Below are positions 3,501 through 6,563 of a stretch of DNA of 9,478 nt, one piece after another (within the stretch, counting starts at the first letter, position 1; every line of letters starts with the position of its first letter). The stretch is taken from assembly GCA_023136205.1 (NCBI GenBank), contig JAGLRQ010000103.1, forward strand, positions 1 to 9,478, read 5' to 3'. The notes below the pieces were generated by a model. That model saw only the letters and a list, made by a program, of their open reading frames with translations. It was not told the origin of the DNA and did no database searches. The DNA is from Candidatus Auribacterota bacterium (GTDB lineage Bacteria > Auribacterota > UBA6266). A program made the translations under genes and the position numbers.

Positions 3501-6178
3501 GTAAGATAACCAGTGAAGATGAAACACAGGTTTTCTTTGAATACATTTTGGATGTAACGGTTCTTCCTTTTGAAAGGCCTGTTAAAAACATTCCCTGGAC
3601 AATGCCTGCTGATACAGGCACATACTATCTTAAAGCGGAGCTGATAGAGAATTCGGAGGTGGTAGCTGTTAGTAAAAAGATAGCACATGTTGTTGAACTG
3701 ATAATCCCTGATAATTTGTTTTCGGCAAAAATTATGGTTTATGACCCCGACAATGAAATTTTAAACTATCTGAAAACAGACGCGGGTTTGCCGAATGTTA
3801 GTTCTTATGACAGCAGCCAGCTTTATGAACAGGACATTTTAATCCTGGGAGAAGGAGTTTTTTTAGATGCTAATTATAACTCCAGGACAGAAGAAATTAC
3901 AGCATTTGTGGAAGAAGGACATAGCCTGATAGTAATTGAACCCAGTTATAGTGTTATGGGTAGCAGCCTGCTGTTAAATTACGGTTTTGAGGAGAACGAT
4001 GGCTGGGGCAGTGATGCTGATTACTGGACAATGGGCGGTGATGTAGCTACGGCTGGAACTATTAATACTAATAACTGTGAAGGGAAATGGGCTTATAATA
4101 TAGGGAATGATGGCGGCCCTGATGGTGCCGGCGGTTATATTTTTCAAGTTCTTAGGGATGCTTCCAGCCCTCAAAACCTATATCCGATTAATCCCGGGGA
4201 TAAAGTTATTTTTAACATGTGGGTGAAGGGAGAAGAGAGTTATACGGGCAATGCTTTTCTTAAAGTTGAATTTTATGATTATGATTTCCAGGATGGATAT
4301 GTTAATCCTCCCCTGGCTGTTTTTACCAGCGATAGTCACACAGGAGAATTTAAATATCTTCGGCAAACAGCGGCTGGTGTTGCACCGGAAGGTACAGTTA
4401 GCGTGGTAGTATATTGCTTGAGCGAAAACATGCAGACAGGTGCAGGGTGTTCAGCTGTTAATTTTGACAGGGGAAGCATAGAGACAAATACCCTTTTATC
4501 TGGTTTATCAATAATTATGGATGAACGAGAAGATATAAATTCCGGCGGCTATGATTCGTATTGTTTTATGGAAGAGTTAAATCTTGCTATAGCGGGAGTT
4601 GCTGCCTCATCTATAGAAAATGGTGATCCCGATCGGTCTCCGGATAAAGCAATTGACGGCAATTTTTTAACCAGGTGGAGCAGTCAGTTCACTGACCCTC
4701 AGTGGATTTATGTTGATTTAGGGTCACCGACAAAATTTAATGCTGTCAGGCTCAGTTGGGAGGCTGCTTACGGTAAACAATACGATATTGAAATATCAGA
4801 TGATGCCCAGAGCTGGATACCTGTTTACACAGAGACAGATGGGGACGGCGGCGTGGATGATATAAGAATTGAGCCCGTAGTAGCCCGTTATGTGCGAATG
4901 TATGGAACTCAAAGAGCGACCGCATGGGGTTATTCGCTGTATGAATTTGAGGTTAAATCACCTTCTAGTTTGTTATGGAATAACATTGATGGGGAACACT
5001 TAAAGATGTTCAACGGCGGCTGGGGCGGTGAGATGATTTCACAGTGCGATGTTAGACTCCAGACCAATAGAAAAAACATCTTAGCCAGAAGCGGAATGAA
5101 TTTGGGCTATTCGAATGTGGTGGAAACTATATGGGGCAGCGGAATTATTGTTGTTTCAAGGATTCAGATAAGAGGCAGGCTGACAGAAGATGCCGATCCG
5201 GGCGCGGATTTATATTCCAGAAAAGAGGACGTGATAGCCCAGCAGTATTTGTTGAACTTAGTTGCGGCCTATTTAGATACAGCCGGAAATTATCAGCGGC
5301 TGGGTGACATGATGCCTTTTCTTCATGTAGAAAAAGCTACAGCTACCTCTGTTGAAAAAGATATTGAAGGAAAAATTACTGGTTACATCCCTGATAAAGC
5401 TATTGATAACGATTATTCAACCAGATGGAGCAGCTCGAATAGCAATCCTCAATGGATTTGCCTGGATTTTGGGAAAAGCGCAACATTTAATAAAGTTATC
5501 CTGCATTGGGAAAGCGCGTATGCTACGTCGTATCAAATTCAGGTTTCTAACGACAAGCAGGATTGGACGAACGTTGTTTATTCCACCACCGCTGGAAATG
5601 GCGGTATAGATGAGATAGAATTTAGCTCGGTATCGGCACAATATATCAGGATGTTAGGAGAAGAAAGAATATTTACTGATTATGGATACTCGCTGTATGA
5701 ATTTGGAGTTTACTCAGTCTCGGCAACTGCTCAAATTTCCGGTGTTGTTACTATTCAGGTAAGGAAAAACAATTCAGAAACAATTAGTTTTGAACTGAGA
5801 AATCCGGGTGAGACTGAGCCTGTCAAAACCTTTGAGTTTGAAACCGACTCTCTCGGCAATTACACCCTCACGGGCATCTCAAGCGGCACCTATGACTTTA
5901 CAGCTAAGAGTTCTAACACCCTAAGGGCAAAAAAGGAAAATATTACTGTAATAGAAGGAGAGATTATCTCGAACATGGACTTTTACCTATTAGACGGAGA
6001 TGCTAATGATGATAATAAAGTAGATTATCAAGATAGAAATATCTTAGATCAAGCCTACGGAAGTATGGAAGGCGATTTAAACTGGGATGAAAGGGCGGAT
6101 TTTAATGGAGATAACAAGGTTAGTTATAAGGATAGAAATATTTTAGAAAAGAACTATGGTCAGATTGGGGAACAATAG
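467..6178 (+). CDS. Secreted 1903-aa multimodular GH2-like glycosidase (3x CBM-like module, GH2 core, 2x F5/8 type C, dockerin-like tail)
   Basis: Uninterrupted 5712-nt ORF with an in-frame TAA immediately upstream (464..466), so ATG 467 is the first possible start. AGGGTG Shine-Dalgarno-like run about 9 nt upstream. GH2 hallmark motifs appear in order: FWYRKTF, GIWGDVSL, LWSPDNPFLY, FGMREF, FLLNNKRIVLKGGN, NFFRVH, WYDIADEYGIMLEDEW, NHPSIIIWDPQNEP, DPTRPW. Confidence 0.93.
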   Translation: MKKMCLVSLTLAATVFITLISLPSPAAAQTNILQNYSFEDNTGWGGEAVLWETGGNTSVRGTVEANSCQGDWAFNIGNDFGPEDAGAYTLQVLLDPDDLGNLYPVTHGDRVIFTMWMTGETNYTGNALLKIEFFDYDRQGGYKGAPIQTVTSTIHTGEFGYLQEIVTGIIPDGTISIAVVCSSEAMVVGSGYSAVNFDDGAVTVIEEKNLLINSGFEDNTGWGGDAAYWAKDGDAASNGTIEANAYQGSWAFNIGNDGGPANAIGYCSQVLRDTDNPENPYSVTQGEIITFTMWITGEANYTGSAFLGVEFYNNANDLLQVSASTSHTGGFDYLQEIVTGVAPDGAVKAVLVCVSEDMQPGSGYSAVNFDVGQVVVQPVMLPREEISLNGIWNVQPSEDGTQPQYFASTAPVPGFVDLADPSIENWKDYDYFWYRKTFTLSPLQEHLQAFINIRQSRYGTTVWLNTEELGSYISCYTSQKYDASNAIKYDGENVLMVKVGQKRTLPPESAVGYDYEETTEETDPDNAIYPLGIWGDVSLILTHNPTIERVLITPDINAHTAEAKITIKNSGTIAQEITISSKAYEKSTNNPVSAEITTDYIISAFEEKTCSLNIPIENMKLWSPDNPFLYKIITKVKLGGTAEADTLTSTFGMREFTIAGSDFLLNNKRIVLKGGNICFHRFMSDPERTDLVWDGDWIKNILIDIPKEHNFNFFRVHLGHAYNKWYDIADEYGIMLEDEWAFRSSTRYPFRWGPGPACGSITQLRREFTQWLYDNYNHPSIIIWDPQNEPHDGGDITRDIIREIIIPEMKEIDPTRPWEWGININIDFEPGAWNPIESTFAEDHPYIYSNGPVLNKRRFGYARSIDDMANSDKPTLLNEFLWFWLHDDGSLSDFTGAIDRRWLGRYGTNQQRLDFQSFLALELGELWRRLDLDGIAPFNYFGRSESGTGNWLTGDMADPGVLAVMTALKNVYAPFGVSIELWDRHFTPSEERDINVCIFNDTDQFKNGVLNCKITSEDETQVFFEYILDVTVLPFERPVKNIPWTMPADTGTYYLKAELIENSEVVAVSKKIAHVVELIIPDNLFSAKIMVYDPDNEILNYLKTDAGLPNVSSYDSSQLYEQDILILGEGVFLDANYNSRTEEITAFVEEGHSLIVIEPSYSVMGSSLLLNYGFEENDGWGSDADYWTMGGDVATAGTINTNNCEGKWAYNIGNDGGPDGAGGYIFQVLRDASSPQNLYPINPGDKVIFNMWVKGEESYTGNAFLKVEFYDYDFQDGYVNPPLAVFTSDSHTGEFKYLRQTAAGVAPEGTVSVVVYCLSENMQTGAGCSAVNFDRGSIETNTLLSGLSIIMDEREDINSGGYDSYCFMEELNLAIAGVAASSIENGDPDRSPDKAIDGNFLTRWSSQFTDPQWIYVDLGSPTKFNAVRLSWEAAYGKQYDIEISDDAQSWIPVYTETDGDGGVDDIRIEPVVARYVRMYGTQRATAWGYSLYEFEVKSPSSLLWNNIDGEHLKMFNGGWGGEMISQCDVRLQTNRKNILARSGMNLGYSNVVETIWGSGIIVVSRIQIRGRLTEDADPGADLYSRKEDVIAQQYLLNLVAAYLDTAGNYQRLGDMMPFLHVEKATATSVEKDIEGKITGYIPDKAIDNDYSTRWSSSNSNPQWICLDFGKSATFNKVILHWESAYATSYQIQVSNDKQDWTNVVYSTTAGNGGIDEIEFSSVSAQYIRMLGEERIFTDYGYSLYEFGVYSVSATAQISGVVTIQVRKNNSETISFELRNPGETEPVKTFEFETDSLGNYTLTGISSGTYDFTAKSSNTLRAKKENITVIEGEIISNMDFYLLDGDANDDNKVDYQDRNILDQAYGSMEGDLNWDERADFNGDNKVSYKDRNILEKNYGQIGEQ
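554..1090 (+). repeat. CBM4_9-like jelly-roll module, copy R1 (aa 30-208)
   Basis: Opens NILQNYSFEDNTGWGG and ends SAVNFDDGAVTV. It shares WAFNIGND, FTMW.TGE.NYTG, HTGEF.YLQEIVTG and SGYSAVNFD blocks with R2 and R3. The N..FE....W opening and FDD-type last strand resemble CBM_4_9 (PF02018). Confidence 0.7.
1091..1597 (+). repeat. CBM4_9-like jelly-roll module, copy R2 (aa 209-377)
   Basis: NLLINSGFEDNTGWGG ... SGYSAVNFDVGQVVV. Counted by eye, 57 of the first 100 aligned positions are identical to R1. It lacks the DYD.Q.GY segment present in R1 and R3. Confidence 0.7.
1625..2100 (+). other. GH2 N-terminal sugar-binding-like beta-sandwich (approximate bounds)
   Basis: SLNGIWNV...PVPGFVDLA...FWYRKTFTL...YGTTVWLNTEELGSYISCYTSQKYDASNAIKYDGENVLMVKV...GIWGDVSLIL follows the Glyco_hydro_2_N (PF02837) pattern (WYR.TF, V.VNG..VG, G.N.L.V.V, GIWR.V.L). 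Confidence 0.65.
2101..2416 (+). other. GH2 immunoglobulin-like beta-sandwich (approximate bounds)
   Basis: IERVLITPDINAHTAEAKITIKN ... NMKLWSPDNPFLYKIITKV ... TSTFGMREF occupies the position of, and shows the LWSP..P.LY motif typical of, the second GH2 domain (PF00703). Confidence 0.55.
2417..3380 (+). other. GH2-like (clan GH-A) TIM-barrel catalytic domain (approximate bounds)
   Basis: FGMREFTIAGSDFLLNNKRIVLKGGN, HNFNFFRVH, WYDIADEYGIMLEDEW and NHPSIIIWDPQNEP with candidate acid/base Glu789 (nt 2831..2833). PTLLNEFLWFW carries candidate nucleophile Glu879 (nt 3101..3103). The 90-residue spacing falls in the 76-92 residue range I recall for GH2 enzymes. Confidence 0.7.
3968..4486 (+). repeat. 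CBM4_9-like jelly-roll module, copy R3 (aa 1168-1340), nested inside the C-terminal module
   Basis: LLLNYGFEENDGWGSD ... WAYNIGNDGGP ... FNMWVKGEESYTGNAFLKVEFYDYDFQDGY ... HTGEFKYL ... CSAVNFDRGSIET. Same block order as R1 and R2. It shares the DYD.Q.GY segment and both Cys positions with R1. Confidence 0.7.
4577..4957 (+). other. F5/8 type C (discoidin, CBM32-like) domain 1, nested insertion
   Basis: KAIDGNFLTRWSSQFTDPQWIYVDLGSPTKFNAVRLSWEAAYGKQYDIEISDDAQSWIPVY...ARYVRMYGTQRATAWGYSLYEFEV. This is the classic AIDG...T.W.S....PQW..VDLG......V.L.WE.A.A..Y.I.VS.D...W pattern of PF00754. Confidence 0.8.
5351..5716 (+). other. F5/8 type C (discoidin, CBM32-like) domain 2
   Basis: KAIDNDYSTRWSSSNSNPQWICLDFGKSATFNKVILHWESAYATSYQIQVSNDKQDWTNVV...AQYIRMLGEERIFTDYGYSLYEFGVYS. 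It is positionally equivalent to the partial F5/8 domain at the end of gene 3. Confidence 0.8.
5729..5992 (+). other. Small all-beta spacer domain (carboxypeptidase-regulatory-like / Cna-B-like guess)
   Basis: AQISGVVTIQV...FELRN...TDSLGNYTLTGISSGTYDFTAKSSNTLRAKKENITVIEGEIISNMDFYL. The ISG.V...D..G.Y.L..I..GTY......V..G....DF.L pattern resembles prealbumin-like fold domains that often precede dockerins. Weak call. Confidence 0.35.
5993..6160 (+). other. Dockerin-like module (two EF-hand-like Ca-binding repeats)
   Basis: Repeat a is DGDANDDNKVDYQDRNILDQAYG (5993..6061) and repeat b is ADFNGDNKVSYKDRNILEKNYG (6095..6160), with an 11-aa linker. Both contain a 12-residue loop fitting D-x-N-x-D-x-x-x-(D/S)-x-x-D followed by a short helix, as in Dockerin_1 (PF00404). 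The module lies at the extreme C-terminus. Confidence 0.65.
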
Positions 6179-6420
6179 ATGATAAAAAAGAGAGATTGAA
6201 TAAAGATAAAAACTAAGATATTAACTACAGGCCTTATTCTTATGAAGAGATGAAATTGATTAGAGATATGCAACAGGTGAAGTGCTTGTAGCAATGGTGC
6301 TTATGTCTGAGCCGACTGGCTCATATATTCTACTGCAGCTTTCCCGTGGTGTACCCGTTTTTTAAGATTGTGAGGTGCAGTTTATGTATCTGCTGTTTTT
6401 GTTGTTCACAGTTAATTCTA

Positions 6421-6439
6421 AACCCCTGATTCAGAGGTT
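6421..6439. promoter_or_regulatory. Imperfect palindrome upstream of gene 3 (possible operator or small hairpin)
   Basis: AACCCCTGA-T-TCAGAGGTT: 8 of 9 half-site positions are complementary. It lies 32-50 nt upstream of ATG 6471. Confidence 0.25.
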
Positions 6440-6470
6440 GAAATAGAAAGATAAAGGTTTTATTTGGTGA

Positions 6471-6563
6471 ATGAGGGAAAATGTGAAGAAGATATATTTG
6501 ACGACTTTACTTCTCGCATCAATACTTGTCTCTTTATCATTTTTCCTGGCCCAGGCAATTGCT
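6471..6563 (+). other. Sec-type signal peptide of gene 3
   Basis: MRENVKKIYLTTLLLASILVSLSFFLAQAIA|QP: basic N-region, hydrophobic core, AxA cleavage motif. Confidence 0.75.

Larger units (their letters stand above)
3706..5330 (+). other. Split C-terminal alpha/beta-looking module shared with gene 3, possibly class I glutamine-amidotransferase-like / GH42-trimerisation-like; interrupted by R3 and by F5/8 domain 1
   Basis: Host segments 3706..3967, 4487..4576 and 4958..~5330 align continuously with gene 3 8544..~9250 (PDNLFSAKIMVYDP, DILILGEG, EGHSLIV.EPSY, GGYDSYCF, LWNNID.EHLKMFNGG.GGEMISQC, VVSRIQ.RGRL, AQQYLLNL). The fold assignment rests only on a remembered pattern (alternating beta-alpha strands, G.G..vv.Q...L...P.A..lL.NLl.Y). 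Confidence 0.4.

Noticed and set aside
2756-4366. Minus-strand ORFs 2756..2998, 3379..3621, 3494..3688, 3974..4174 and 4178..4366 (62-80 aa)
   Set aside because: All lie fully antisense within the strongly supported 1903-aa CDS. Their translations are low-complexity and Ile/Phe/Lys/Arg-rich, with no recognisable motifs or plausible start context. Such shadow ORFs are typical of AT-rich sequence.
554-4486. R1, R2 and R3 as a diversity-generating retroelement template/variable repeat pair, or as recent DNA repeats
   Set aside because: Nucleotide identity between the copies is only moderate (the longest identical run I saw is about 19 nt). Differences are spread over all base types rather than being adenine-specific. 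No reverse transcriptase is present in the window.
5352-5641. Alternative-frame ORF 5352..5609 (+) and antisense ORF 5417..5641 (-) inside F5/8 domain 2
   Set aside because: They overlap a region whose main-frame translation has a textbook discoidin motif string. The alternative translations are basic and low-complexity, with no motif support.
6294-6365. 23-codon ORF MVLMSEPTGSYILLQLSRGVPVF in the gene 2-gene 3 spacer
   Set aside because: It has no Shine-Dalgarno-like sequence upstream and no distinctive composition. Its length is consistent with chance.
6438-6466. TTGAAA (6438..6443) with TATTTG (6461..6466) at 17-bp spacing as a sigma70 promoter for gene 3
   Set aside because: The -10 matches only 3 of 6 positions. 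The implied transcription start would fall at or inside the ATG 6471 codon region. This is too weak to call without transcript data.
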